Assembly (NCBI GenBank): GCA_949372655.1
Contig: CASIAI010000005.1
Coordinates: 3,626 to 67,625 of the forward strand
DNA: 64,000 nt
Source of the DNA: Candidatus Poseidoniaceae archaeon
Lineage (GTDB): Archaea > Thermoplasmatota > Poseidoniia > Poseidoniales > Poseidoniaceae
Reading direction: 5' to 3'
The position numbers were made by a program, and so were the translations under genes. The number at the start of each line of letters is the position of its first letter. Position 1 is the stretch's first letter. Shown piece by piece: positions 8,518 through 18,116 of the stretch. Under the pieces are notes generated by a model. It saw nothing but the letters and a program-made list of their open reading frames with translations, was not told the DNA's origin and did no database searches.

Positions 8518-9489
8518 TTGGAAAAACTAATTCTTGATACTAAAGCAGAAACCAATAATGCAATCGGAGGACATCCGGATTCAAGAACCGTGGAACAAAG
8601 ACTCGCTTCTGGATTTATTCTACTGGACAAACCTGCAGGCCCTACTTCACATCAAGTAGCATCATGGGTTAGAGATTTATTTGGCCTTGAGCGACTAGGA
8701 CACGGAGGCACATTAGACCCCTTTGCCACAGGAGTTCTACCCTTACTTGCGGGTAAATCTATGAAAGTTACAAAGAAGGTTTTAACTCATAAAAAGACAT
8801 ATATTGCTATTTTCCGTTGTGCTGAAGATCCTGATGCTGATGCTCTTGCATCTGCAATGAAGAGACTTACTGGCCGTGTCTACAATGTACCGCCTGAAAT
8901 CTCGGCTGTAAAAGTTCAGGTCAGAACTAGAAAAATTTCAACATTCGATATGATTGAAAGAAATGGTAAAGATTTCTTGACTCGCATTGAATGTGAAGCT
9001 GGTACTTATGTCAGAACTATGGCTCGGGATTTAGGTCTCATGCTAGGATATAAAGTAGAACTCAAAGAATTGCGTCGTGAAAAATCCGGTAGATTTGAAC
9101 TATCAAAGTGTGTTACTCTTCAAGAAGTGGCTGATGCATACTGGCTTTGGAAAGAATGCGATAAGCCTGATGCACTTCTAAAGATGATTCAACCTGTAGA
9201 GAAACTAGTCCTAGATATGCCTGCAGCACACGTCAAAGATAGTGCAGCAGCAGCGATTGCTCATGGAGCGCCACTTCTAAGACCAGGGATTGTAGATATA
9301 GATGACAAAATTACATCTGGGAAAGAACTCGCAATATTCACATTAAAAGAGGAGTTGGTAGGTATAGTAAAACTAACCGTAGATACCAATCAATTACCGA
9401 ATATGGATTCGGGAGAAGTTGCAAGACCTAGCATGGTCTTACTCGAACAAGACCTGTACCCTCGCAGATGGAGCGTACAAGAAAAGTGA
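8518..9489 (+). CDS. cbf5: RNA-guided pseudouridine synthase Cbf5 (TruB family) with PUA domain
   Basis: DKPAGPTSHQV, GHGGTLDP (catalytic Asp), EAGTYVR, C-terminal PUA AIAHGAPLLRPGI. Confidence 0.95.
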   Translation: MEKLILDTKAETNNAIGGHPDSRTVEQRLASGFILLDKPAGPTSHQVASWVRDLFGLERLGHGGTLDPFATGVLPLLAGKSMKVTKKVLTHKKTYIAIFRCAEDPDADALASAMKRLTGRVYNVPPEISAVKVQVRTRKISTFDMIERNGKDFLTRIECEAGTYVRTMARDLGLMLGYKVELKELRREKSGRFELSKCVTLQEVADAYWLWKECDKPDALLKMIQPVEKLVLDMPAAHVKDSAAAAIAHGAPLLRPGIVDIDDKITSGKELAIFTLKEELVGIVKLTVDTNQLPNMDSGEVARPSMVLLEQDLYPRRWSVQEK

Positions 9490-9697
9490 TCAAGCTTCTT
9501 CAAATTCTTCGTAAATATATTCTTCCGTTTCTATTCTTATTTTCAATATTGACATGTTCCCACACCCACTTTGTCAACCTTAGTTGAACGACCCCCACAG
9601 CCTCAAAGTAAAGTTTCGTTTTTCGTTGCACCTATCAATGTTAAGGTGTATTTTCGCGTTATCCGACATTAGAACATCGGTAATCAATATTCTTTAA

Positions 9698-12091
9698 TCA
9701 ATTAATTTTTTTGATCTTAGGAGGTGTTAGGAATGAGAAAATCCCAATCACCAGAGCCAATGCGATAATTGTGATTATCCATACTGAAGAACCTGATATT
9801 TCGAAACCACTGGAAGTTTTATCTTCTTTATTTTGCTCTAGAACTTCAATTGTTATATTGGCTTGATTATTTTCTTCATCTCCTTCAATAATATCGCCAC
9901 CTCGGTCAATTTCAATACTGATTTCAGCAGTTTGAATTCCTTCAGGAACTTGCCATTCACACGTAACTACTCCGAGTTCTTGTGCAAGAAGGATGGAAAT
10001 GGTTTGGATATCTATTAAATCCGCTCCTTGTTGACACCTTACTGAAATCAATGTAGCTTCAGCATCTCCATTATTCCTTACATACACGCTGATAGGAACT
10101 ATGTCTTTGTGAAATATATCTCCATCAGATACTACAACTTCTTCAATAAGTAAATCAGGTAATGATTGAACTTCCAAGTCTAGTATTCTTTGAACACATG
10201 TGTTTTGGTCGCATAGATTAATCTCTACAGGTATGATTAATCCTGCTGAAGGGGCATTAATCGTAATGAATCCTGAATCAAGGTCAATTGTCGCCCAACT
10301 TCTGTTAGTATATGCAGTTAAGCCAGTTGAATCGATATCGCTGTAGGTAAAAGGTACCTGAGTGGATACCGATAATTCTACTGGAACAACTGCTGGGAAT
10401 TCATTCAAAACTGGAGCATCATCTACTGTATTTATTGTTACGATAAAAGTTTCTTGCCATTGATTACCTACTTGGTCGCTAACAGTAGTCAAAACAGTAG
10501 TAGTTCCAGATGCCTCAGGTTTGAGCAGAATTCTAATATCTTCTTGTGAGAGGTCAACCGAAATTAAAGATTCATTTTCCACTATAAAATCAACTGATAA
10601 ATTATCTTTACTAGTCCTGTCATCACTACAACCGTTGACAAAGGGAATCAAAATCCCACCGCCATCTTCGAAAAAGGTCTGCGTACCAATCAAACCACAA
10701 GTAGGGTCTTCATCCCATTCCAAATCGAAACCTCCACTAATAGAAATACTCGATACTTCTAGTGCTGTAGTACTAGACGAACCATCAGAATCCCAATTAA
10801 ACCATGCTCTAACTTGAACATCAATACTATCATCACCAACCATCATGTATTGACCAATTGGTAAATCTAAATTGAAATTACCTATTTGTGCAATCGATTG
10901 GTATGTTACTTCTTGATTATTCACATATACTTTCCATTTCGAGTTTTCTGTTGATAAACCCTCTAAACTACCAAAGATTCTACCATCTATGCTGAGAGAT
11001 GGATTATTATAATCTGCTGTAATTCCTGATACACATGAATCTGTGCTGGTGATTTTAATCATTACATATTGTTCTTGTAAGAGTTCATGATTAGATAAAT
11101 TACTAAATTCGCTAAATGAAGTTCCATCGGATGATGAAGCATATTCCATTACAACATCATCAATACTCGAGTCATCTAATGAATAGTGAACCCTACCTAT
11201 TGTTTGGCTTGGAGGTGATTCGATTATTTCACTAACCCAAGAACCTGAAGACCCAGATAGACTTGAAGTAAGACCGCATTGGGCTAATGCCATATTGTTA
11301 TATTGACCCTTTGAAATATCTACATCGATAATTGGCATTGAATGCCCTGTAAAAGTAGAAGTTGATGATGCCCACTCGCTTCCATACCATGGATACTTTA
11401 CCACTACTTCTATTCCAAAAGCATCAACATCTAATCTAGCATCATCTGTACTTCCTACCGAAACATAATCTAGATTTATCTCAATATCTTCAATCATCGA
11501 CCAAGACCAGTCTGCAAGAGAGGTTATATTCTTGGACCACAAACTTCCGTTGATATAATCAATTGGACTTTGAGTATTTACATAGGTTACTAAGTTTTCA
11601 AAATTACCATCATACTTCATCACTATCTGAACTTGATCTTGCTCAAGATTATCTGGAATGTGGAAAGCTGCTACTACGGAGACTGAAACTAATTCATAGG
11701 AGTTCATACTGGAGGTATCAAAACTATCGAGTTCGATTATTGGTCCAGAAGTATAAGTGAATTGCAGGTCAGGGGAGCCAGTCGAATAGTTAGAATCTGT
11801 AGCAGAGTTTCCTGCCCATGTAGTTAATGATTGGTAGTTATTTGGACGGCTATGTAATAATGTCATACGATTATCGGCAACCATTGATTCAGTATATTGC
11901 GCATCAGATGTAAGAAAAGTAATTCCTGAATCTGCTTGCCAAGCAATAGGGTCATTAAAATCTCCTTGCGGGAATAAATCAAAATTAGATACTGAGTGGA
12001 CGCTTCTGGCACTAGCATGCCCTGCTATGGGTAGTAACAAGATAAGAATCATAAGTGATACTACAGAAATTCGCTTGTATCTTGTGCCCAT
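9698..12091 (-). CDS. Secreted/surface protein with Ig-like and CARDB domains and C-terminal TM anchor
   Basis: Signal-like N-terminus MGTRYKRISVVSLMILILLLPIAGHASA; VDDAPV cadherin/Ig-like motif; CARDB-like PDLLIE...VRNNGDA...DRGGDIIEGDEENN; C-terminal TM followed by KIKK. Confidence 0.8.
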   Translation of the reverse strand: MGTRYKRISVVSLMILILLLPIAGHASARSVHSVSNFDLFPQGDFNDPIAWQADSGITFLTSDAQYTESMVADNRMTLLHSRPNNYQSLTTWAGNSATDSNYSTGSPDLQFTYTSGPIIELDSFDTSSMNSYELVSVSVVAAFHIPDNLEQDQVQIVMKYDGNFENLVTYVNTQSPIDYINGSLWSKNITSLADWSWSMIEDIEINLDYVSVGSTDDARLDVDAFGIEVVVKYPWYGSEWASSTSTFTGHSMPIIDVDISKGQYNNMALAQCGLTSSLSGSSGSWVSEIIESPPSQTIGRVHYSLDDSSIDDVVMEYASSSDGTSFSEFSNLSNHELLQEQYVMIKITSTDSCVSGITADYNNPSLSIDGRIFGSLEGLSTENSKWKVYVNNQEVTYQSIAQIGNFNLDLPIGQYMMVGDDSIDVQVRAWFNWDSDGSSSTTALEVSSISISGGFDLEWDEDPTCGLIGTQTFFEDGGGILIPFVNGCSDDRTSKDNLSVDFIVENESLISVDLSQEDIRILLKPEASGTTTVLTTVSDQVGNQWQETFIVTINTVDDAPVLNEFPAVVPVELSVSTQVPFTYSDIDSTGLTAYTNRSWATIDLDSGFITINAPSAGLIIPVEINLCDQNTCVQRILDLEVQSLPDLLIEEVVVSDGDIFHKDIVPISVYVRNNGDAEATLISVRCQQGADLIDIQTISILLAQELGVVTCEWQVPEGIQTAEISIEIDRGGDIIEGDEENNQANITIEVLEQNKEDKTSSGFEISGSSVWIITIIALALVIGIFSFLTPPKIKKIN

Positions 12092-12219
12092 ACCATGGCG
12101 ACATTGACGATAACTATTGAATGCAAGGGTCAAAAGATTAATTTTTTATGGATAATTAAGTAACTCAAGTTTAGCGGATTATTGAAATACCAAGCACTTG
12201 AGGGGGCAAATACCCAGAT

Positions 12220-12292
12220 GGCTGTGATGGTGTAGGGGTTAGCACGACAGATTGTGGTTCTGTCAGCCCGAGTTCGATTCTCGGTCACGGCC
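12220..12292 (+). tRNA. tRNA-His (GTG) with encoded G-1; CCA not encoded
   Basis: Acceptor GCTGTGA/TCACGGC, anticodon arm ACAGA-TTGTGGT-TCTGT, T arm CCGAG-TTCGATT-CTCGG, G-1:C73. Confidence 0.96.
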
Positions 12293-12301
12293 CTCCTTTT
12301 T

Positions 12302-12931
12302 TTATTCCAGTTCATCTTTTTCTATAGAATGACCCATTCGGTCAATTTTAGTTTCAAGATAAAAACGATTTGAATCTCCAACACCGACTACTAAAGGAAC
12401 TCTTTCTACAACATCAATACCGTACTCTCTCAACTGACTGATTTTATTGGGATTATTAGTAAGGAGGCTTACTCTGTCTATATTCAAGGATTCCAGCATA
12501 GAAACTGCAATATTGTAATCTCTGCTGTCACCCGGAAGTCCTAACATGAGATTAGCATCAAGGGTATCTGCACCTTGATCTTGAAGTCGGTATGCCTGTA
12601 TTTTTGCATGCAAACCTATTCCTCGGCCTTCCTGCCTTAGATACAGCAAACATCCCCAACCTCTTTCTGCAATTGATTTTAGAGCAGCTTGTAATTGCGG
12701 ACCACAATCACACCTTAGACTTGAAAACGCATCACCGGTTAGACATTCGGAGTGAACTCGTATTAAAACAGGGTCGGGGCCGTCCATTTCTCCTAAAGTC
12801 AAAGCAACATGGTCAAAGCCTGTTATTTCCTCATGGAATACTCGGATTTTGAATTCTCCAAACGGAGTTGGTAATTTAGCTTCACTAGGGATTGAAGAAT
12901 CCTCAACAATTCCAGAACCGTCATCTGTCAT
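12302..12931 (-). CDS. ribA: GTP cyclohydrolase II
   Basis: [11 protein letters not shown]-type motif ([11 protein letters not shown]), [26 protein letters not shown]. Confidence 0.95.
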   Translation of the reverse strand: MTDDGSGIVEDSSIPSEAKLPTPFGEFKIRVFHEEITGFDHVALTLGEMDGPDPVLIRVHSECLTGDAFSSLRCDCGPQLQAALKSIAERGWGCLLYLRQEGRGIGLHAKIQAYRLQDQGADTLDANLMLGLPGDSRDYNIAVSMLESLNIDRVSLLTNNPNKISQLREYGIDVVERVPLVVGVGDSNRFYLETKIDRMGHSIEKDELE

Positions 12932-13188
12932 TCTTTCACCTCTATGATAAAGCGGAACTCACCTGTTTGTTCATCGATAATACTCATTCTGTGTGGCATT
13001 CGCTCAATCAGCATAGAGATATCGTGAACTGCCTCAGGGTCATCTGCAATAACTTCCAAAACGTCGCCTCTTTTCAAGTTCTTCAAAGCCTTCTTTGTTT
13101 CCGAAAGAGGAACTGGGCAGAAAAATCCGATGACATTGATTTGATGTGAAATAATTTTACTCAAATCAGAGTCCAACACGACCTTCAC
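12928..13188 (-). CDS. TusA/SirA-family sulfur carrier protein
   Basis: GFFCPVP (CPxP) and LEVIADDP; stop overlaps the ribA start (ATGA). Start placed at GTG 13188, uncertain. Confidence 0.82.
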   Translation of the reverse strand: MKVVLDSDLSKIISHQINVIGFFCPVPLSETKKALKNLKRGDVLEVIADDPEAVHDISMLIERMPHRMSIIDEQTGEFRFIIEVKE

Positions 13189-13293
13189 TAATTGGTGGTG
13201 ATAGAACATACATTTCAATCCATGTGTTACAAGATATATACATTTAATCTTATCATACCTCATATTGATGAATAGATAGCCCTAGCAGTGCAC

Positions 13294-14265
13294 ATGGCCA
13301 ATACCCAAACATCAACTTCCACTGTGGAAGATTTGTCGTGGGGAGAGGTTTTTCAACTTGGTAAAAAATATATGAAGATACCATTGGCTCTACTCTGTGT
13401 AGAGTTGTTTTATTGGTTCATAACTCAACCATCTGATACACTACTGCCGATTCAAATTAGCGAAGCATGGATTTGGCATGAGTTGACAAATTTGATTTAT
13501 GGCGAAGGTACTGCAACGTTGACGACTCATAATGGTTGGATGACTCAGATTAACCTCTACAATCCTAATTTCCCTGGAAGTCTGGATACTGTCGCTTTGT
13601 ATGTGTCTGATGAATGTGCTGGCGTCCACGAAATGATCTTTATTTCTACATTAATATTGATGACTGAAGGAGTTCCTCAAAAGTTAAAGATTAGGTCAGT
13701 AATGGTAATGTGTACCATTGTATATGTACTAAATATTGTAAGATTGGTAGCTTTCTATCCAATTGCAGCCTCCGATTGCTACATAGACCCAAATAATCCT
13801 GTGTGTTTGACAGGAATGTGGAATTTTCATGAATTAGTCTATAAGTGGGGATTTTTACTACTGTTAGTTATGATGTGGTTGGTTTGGTTTAAGTTTGTAG
13901 GCGGTTCATCAAAGGTTCTTAATTCGAAAAAGAATAAAGAAAATTGGAGATTTAAAGTTCGTTCTAATTGGGATACAAAGCATTTCCTAACATTAGCCTT
14001 TGTAGTCATGATGATCTGCTATGGCGTTTTCAGTATTACTACAAATGATTCAGCCATGGATGCAAAAGAAACCTTGGACTTCTGTTCATTTTCTAAATTA
14101 TCCACCAATAGTTGTATCGAAGCTCAAAATACTTGGGATAATGCCATCGATACTTCATGGTCTTTATCGGCTATAGGAGTATTAGTTGGTGCTTTTACAG
14201 TATTCAAATTTGAAAGAAAGCAGGCTAATGGTGAGTGGCCAAAAGAACTTATAGAAGAAGAATGA
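13294..14265 (+). CDS. Archaeosortase/exosortase-family protein with extra C-terminal TM hairpin
   Basis: Catalytic triad motifs VSDECAGVHEM (Cys), LNIVRL (Arg), FHELVY (His); multi-TM. Confidence 0.85.
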   Translation: MANTQTSTSTVEDLSWGEVFQLGKKYMKIPLALLCVELFYWFITQPSDTLLPIQISEAWIWHELTNLIYGEGTATLTTHNGWMTQINLYNPNFPGSLDTVALYVSDECAGVHEMIFISTLILMTEGVPQKLKIRSVMVMCTIVYVLNIVRLVAFYPIAASDCYIDPNNPVCLTGMWNFHELVYKWGFLLLLVMMWLVWFKFVGGSSKVLNSKKNKENWRFKVRSNWDTKHFLTLAFVVMMICYGVFSITTNDSAMDAKETLDFCSFSKLSTNSCIEAQNTWDNAIDTSWSLSAIGVLVGAFTVFKFERKQANGEWPKELIEEE

Positions 14266-15684
14266 TCAATTTACAATTGAAGTCTTGACACTTATTCCAT
14301 TCATTTGGTTCTTCTCTAAGGCTTTTATCGCAAGACCAATTTTACTGGTATGAATATCTACTCTTGTTGAATCATCTTCAAAGGTAATATCTCCAATTGC
14401 TAGTTCATTACATTTGATCGCTTTAACGAACCAGTCAGTAATTTTCCTTGATGAACCAATTTGTGATGTTGAAGCATCTAGTTCAAGAGTTACAAAACCA
14501 AAGACACTAGAGTTCTCTTGATAGTCATCTTGGTACTTGATGAGTTCTTCAACTCCCTCATTTAGTCCTGGGACTTCTGATTCGGAAATATTTAGGTCAT
14601 AGGTTGCTATAATTTTAGACAATTGAGGTGAATCATCCTTGGAAACAAGACTCCATGCTTCTCCACTACGTCCTATTCGACCCGTACGTCCAACTCTATG
14701 AATAAATGAGTCGACATCATTAGGAATATCATAATTGATAACCAGAGTAATTCCATCGACGTCAATACCTCTTGCTGCGACATCAGTTGCAACAATAGTC
14801 CTGAATTCTCCACCTTTGAATCTATCCAATATCTTTTCTCTTTGGTTTTGGTTCAAGTCACCATGCAGGCCTTCAACACTGAATTTCTGCTTACTCAAAC
14901 GTTGGGTTGCCAAGTCGACCATTCTCTTGGTATTACAGAAGATGATTGTTTGATCTTCGTCATTCATTCTTAGCAACAAACGAGAGAGTGCCCATAATTT
15001 ATTACCTCTACCAATTCTTATACTGTACAAGTCAACCGGGGGAAGGTCTAATTCCTCTGAATTAGTCAAAATAAATTCTGGTTCATTCATGAACTCATTT
15101 GCAGCATCGATTATTTCTTGAGGGAATGTTGCTGAAAATAATAGAGTTTGTTGCCTATTTGTCATCTTTTCAACGACCCACATAATATCTGGGAAAAATC
15201 CCATATCTAACATTCGGTCTGCTTCATCGAGACAGAAAATAGATGCTGATGACATATCGATAAACTCTCTGCGAGTCATATCCATGACTCTACCAGGTGT
15301 ACCTACGATTATGTCAACACCATCTTGTAACTTTCTGGCTTGCTTCTCTAAGTCAGTACCACCATAGACAGTAATAATCTTCAATCCCATTTCACCTTGA
15401 AGAGTTTCTATCTCTTGTGAAACCTGATTAGCTAACTCTCTTGTTGGAGCTAAAATCAAAGCCTGAAATTTGCCAATTGGTTTACATGACTCTAGGATTG
15501 GAATCCCAAAGGCGGCAGTTTTACCAGAACCAGTTCTAGCTTGACCTATGATGTCAAGACCTTTTCTGGCTAAGGGTATGGTATCTTTTTGGACTTGTGT
15601 TGCTAATTCCCAACCAAGAGAATCTAAACCAGCCTGTAACTCTGTAGGTAAATCCCAAGATTTGAAACTTTGATTCGTGAACAT
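14266..15684 (-). CDS. DEAD-box RNA helicase (DeaD/CshA/DbpA-like) with C-terminal RNA-binding domain
   Basis: Q motif, ARTGSGKT, PTRELA, GTPGR, DEAD, SAT, TDVAARGID, HRVGRTGR; SD GGAGGTG before ATG 15684. Confidence 0.95.
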   Translation of the reverse strand: MFTNQSFKSWDLPTELQAGLDSLGWELATQVQKDTIPLARKGLDIIGQARTGSGKTAAFGIPILESCKPIGKFQALILAPTRELANQVSQEIETLQGEMGLKIITVYGGTDLEKQARKLQDGVDIIVGTPGRVMDMTRREFIDMSSASIFCLDEADRMLDMGFFPDIMWVVEKMTNRQQTLLFSATFPQEIIDAANEFMNEPEFILTNSEELDLPPVDLYSIRIGRGNKLWALSRLLLRMNDEDQTIIFCNTKRMVDLATQRLSKQKFSVEGLHGDLNQNQREKILDRFKGGEFRTIVATDVAARGIDVDGITLVINYDIPNDVDSFIHRVGRTGRIGRSGEAWSLVSKDDSPQLSKIIATYDLNISESEVPGLNEGVEELIKYQDDYQENSSVFGFVTLELDASTSQIGSSRKITDWFVKAIKCNELAIGDITFEDDSTRVDIHTSKIGLAIKALEKNQMNGISVKTSIVN

Positions 15685-15691
15685 TTTTTTC

Positions 15692-15736
15692 ACCTCCGTC
15701 TCAAATTACTATGGGCACCGAGACGGGGGTAGCCCT
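15692..15736 (-). promoter_or_regulatory. Putative SD-sequestering leader hairpin of the DEAD-box helicase
   Basis: mRNA ACCCCCGUCUC (15730-15720) pairs with GAGACGGAGGU (15702-15692), 10 of 11 bp, covering the SD GGAGGU. Confidence 0.5.
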
Positions 15737-15747
15737 AACGAATGTAA

Positions 15748-15963
15748 TCAGAAGTTATCCTTCTCTGCAATTTCTTTTTGAAGAATACCCATCCAGTACT
15801 TACGAGCATTTTCTTTGTTTAAAGGACGACGCATCTGCCTAACGTGTTCCAAAATATATTGTCGGAACTTCAAGGATTTGTTTCGATTGACTCCCTTTGG
15901 AGTTAGTCCATCCCACAAACGGTCGAATTGTTCAGCTTTGTCATTGAAAGGAGAGTCACTCAT
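15748..15963 (-). CDS. Small hypothetical protein (71 aa)
   Basis: SD-like GAGGTG upstream; fills the gap between the HEAT and helicase genes. Confidence 0.75.
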   Translation of the reverse strand: MSDSPFNDKAEQFDRLWDGLTPKGVNRNKSLKFRQYILEHVRQMRRPLNKENARKYWMGILQKEIAEKDNF

Positions 15964-16038
15964 AATTACACCTCTTAAGCAAGCAGTCCACTAAAGCCCC
16001 CTTCTTAACCATACCGACAATTGATAATGAGTTATTAA

Positions 16039-17343
16039 TCAAAATTCGTCGTCGTCTGAATCCGTGAAATCGTATTCTTCTTCATATCCCATCATGTCAT
16101 CTTGGCTAACTGAACGGTACAATGGATTAGTTTTCTTAGCATCTTCTTTTAGAGCATCATTCTGCTTCTTAAGTTGTTCTTCATCATTAAGAGGCTTTTT
16201 AGGTCCTGAATCTGAATTCGCTCCGACAGGTAATTTTTCTAAGCCTAATTGAATACCATGAGCCTCAGCAACTTCCCTATCTAACATTGGAACCGAAGGT
16301 GCAGGTGCTAAGAATTTGTTTTTCTGCGCCTCTGAACCTTCGAGGGATTCATCTATTGCCATCTCTTTCAGTTCCTGACGGAGTGTCTCGTCTGCCTCCA
16401 CCTTGAGTAAGTCTATTGCAATGCCACGAAGAACTTCATCAGAGTATAGCCTTGGAAGCATCTCAATACAGGCCTTTCGAATATTCATATCCTTTGAGGA
16501 AGCACCTTGAAGTACCAATTCTCTAGCTCTACCATGGTCTTTATCCATCGCTTGTATTGCTTTAATTGCACTCAATCTGACCTTATTATCGGGGTCGATC
16601 ATTGCCCGTTCTGAAAATATAGTGGCAAGTCTTGTTTCGTTTCGTGCCAAAGATGGTAGTGTTTTGGCAGCATTACGTCGAACTTCAACATCTTCGTCAT
16701 CTAATGCCCAGGAAATTAAATCCCAGGCTACTGAGCCACCTTTGGATAATAACTTTCTCAGCAACTTAGCAGCTTTTCTTCGATAAATTGGATCCTCTTC
16801 AAGAAGTAGGGTGTCGATATGATCACAGGCTACAGAAGGCCACGTTTCACAGAGCGAGTTGAGACCTTTCCATGCTGCCTCCATCCGTTTATTATTGTAA
16901 GAGCGAAGTTCATTTTGAAGGATTACTTGTACTCCTGATGGAAATACAGGTGTTGAAAGTGATAGGCATTTACTTGCAGCTTGCCTAACTTTAGGAACTG
17001 GGTCATCCAGTAAAACTGAAAGCCAATCAAATAATTCCTCTGACTTTTGTGTAGCAACTTCAGGCAGAGCTTTCAATCCCGCTTCTCGTATTTCAGGAAT
17101 ATCACTCTCTAATGAAAGTAATAAGGTTTGATGAGCCATTGAAGAATTCTTCCCCTTGCCTTTAATTCGAGTCAATGCCATGATTCCATCAATTCTCGAT
17201 AGAGTCAAACTTTCACCCTTCCAACTAACATCCACCGAACTAAATTCTCCTCTTGCTAAAGGAATTATTTCTTCCTTCTTGAGAGCCATCCACGGGCCAG
17301 TCTCCGACTCAATTGTATGATTGATGTTTTTCGAGCCACCCAT
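16039..17343 (-). CDS. HEAT-repeat protein with acidic disordered C-terminal tail
   Basis: About seven repeats of the LLDDPVPKVRQAA / ALDDEDVEVRRNAA / MIDPDNKVRLSA type; tail ends EEEYDFTDSDDDEF. The true start may lie upstream (see findings). Confidence 0.85.
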   Translation of the reverse strand: MGGSKNINHTIESETGPWMALKKEEIIPLARGEFSSVDVSWKGESLTLSRIDGIMALTRIKGKGKNSSMAHQTLLLSLESDIPEIREAGLKALPEVATQKSEELFDWLSVLLDDPVPKVRQAASKCLSLSTPVFPSGVQVILQNELRSYNNKRMEAAWKGLNSLCETWPSVACDHIDTLLLEEDPIYRRKAAKLLRKLLSKGGSVAWDLISWALDDEDVEVRRNAAKTLPSLARNETRLATIFSERAMIDPDNKVRLSAIKAIQAMDKDHGRARELVLQGASSKDMNIRKACIEMLPRLYSDEVLRGIAIDLLKVEADETLRQELKEMAIDESLEGSEAQKNKFLAPAPSVPMLDREVAEAHGIQLGLEKLPVGANSDSGPKKPLNDEEQLKKQNDALKEDAKKTNPLYRSVSQDDMMGYEEEYDFTDSDDDEF

Positions 17344-17525
17344 TTTGATTGGTTTGCCTGTTCGGGGGTCTCTAGCTACATATTCTCGTGAAATTCATAT
17401 TCCCCCTTGGTGCGCGCAGATGACCTCTTCAAAAGAAACTATTGTTTCCATGGGATATTATTATGGTTCAGATTTTATTAACTATACACGCCTATATTGA
17501 AAAACAATCACCTTCTATAGCAATC

Positions 17526-18116
17526 ATGGCGGATGCTGATGTTGATGATATCTGCAGAGTCTTAGCAGTGTGTTTCAGGCATGGCAATTCCCTTTCCGAC
17601 TTGGATATCGAGAGAGTTTTATCTTTCGACATGGGTTGGTTATCACCTGATGAAGCGAGCACTGCAGTCCATTCTCTAATCGATGCCGGATGGTTGGTTG
17701 GCAACGAAGGTTCGTTACAATCCGTTATCAAAAATAATTCAATAACAACACCACTTGGTTGGTTTCCCAGGCCATCACGATTGATTAATCCAGTTCGATA
17801 TGATTCAAAGGCATTCGTAAATATCTCCGAAATAGTAAAATCGCCGGCTGAACCGGCAAAAAATAAAACAGAAGCGACCATAAAAGTCGATAATAAACCT
17901 GAAACAATCAGTAAAGACCCTAGAGCAAAGATGGAAAAGAGACTTAAGCGCTTTGTCGCCAAACAATCAAAACTTGAATTAGACGAAATTGAAAGACGAG
18001 TTCAAAGAAAGAAAAGTGCCTTGAGTTTCGTAAGCCTTTGGATGTGTATCGCTTTAGTAGCCCGTGAACAGGGGCTTGAAATGAAAGATATCACTGAGGC
18101 TCTTTCTAGAAATTAA
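17526..18116 (+). CDS. DUF2240-like protein
   Basis: LAVCFRHG...IERVLSFDMGWLSPDEA...LIDAGWL resembles the archaeal DUF2240 N-terminus. Confidence 0.65.
   Translation: MADADVDDICRVLAVCFRHGNSLSDLDIERVLSFDMGWLSPDEASTAVHSLIDAGWLVGNEGSLQSVIKNNSITTPLGWFPRPSRLINPVRYDSKAFVNISEIVKSPAEPAKNKTEATIKVDNKPETISKDPRAKMEKRLKRFVAKQSKLELDEIERRVQRKKSALSFVSLWMCIALVAREQGLEMKDITEALSRN

Noticed and set aside
9500-9670. Short minus-strand ORFs (21-43 aa) in the cbf5 to CARDB-gene gap
   Set aside because: Several overlapping candidates, none with an SD or recognisable motif; not supportable.
12130-12315. 61-aa minus-strand ORF
   Set aside because: Antisense to tRNA-His; no protein-like features.
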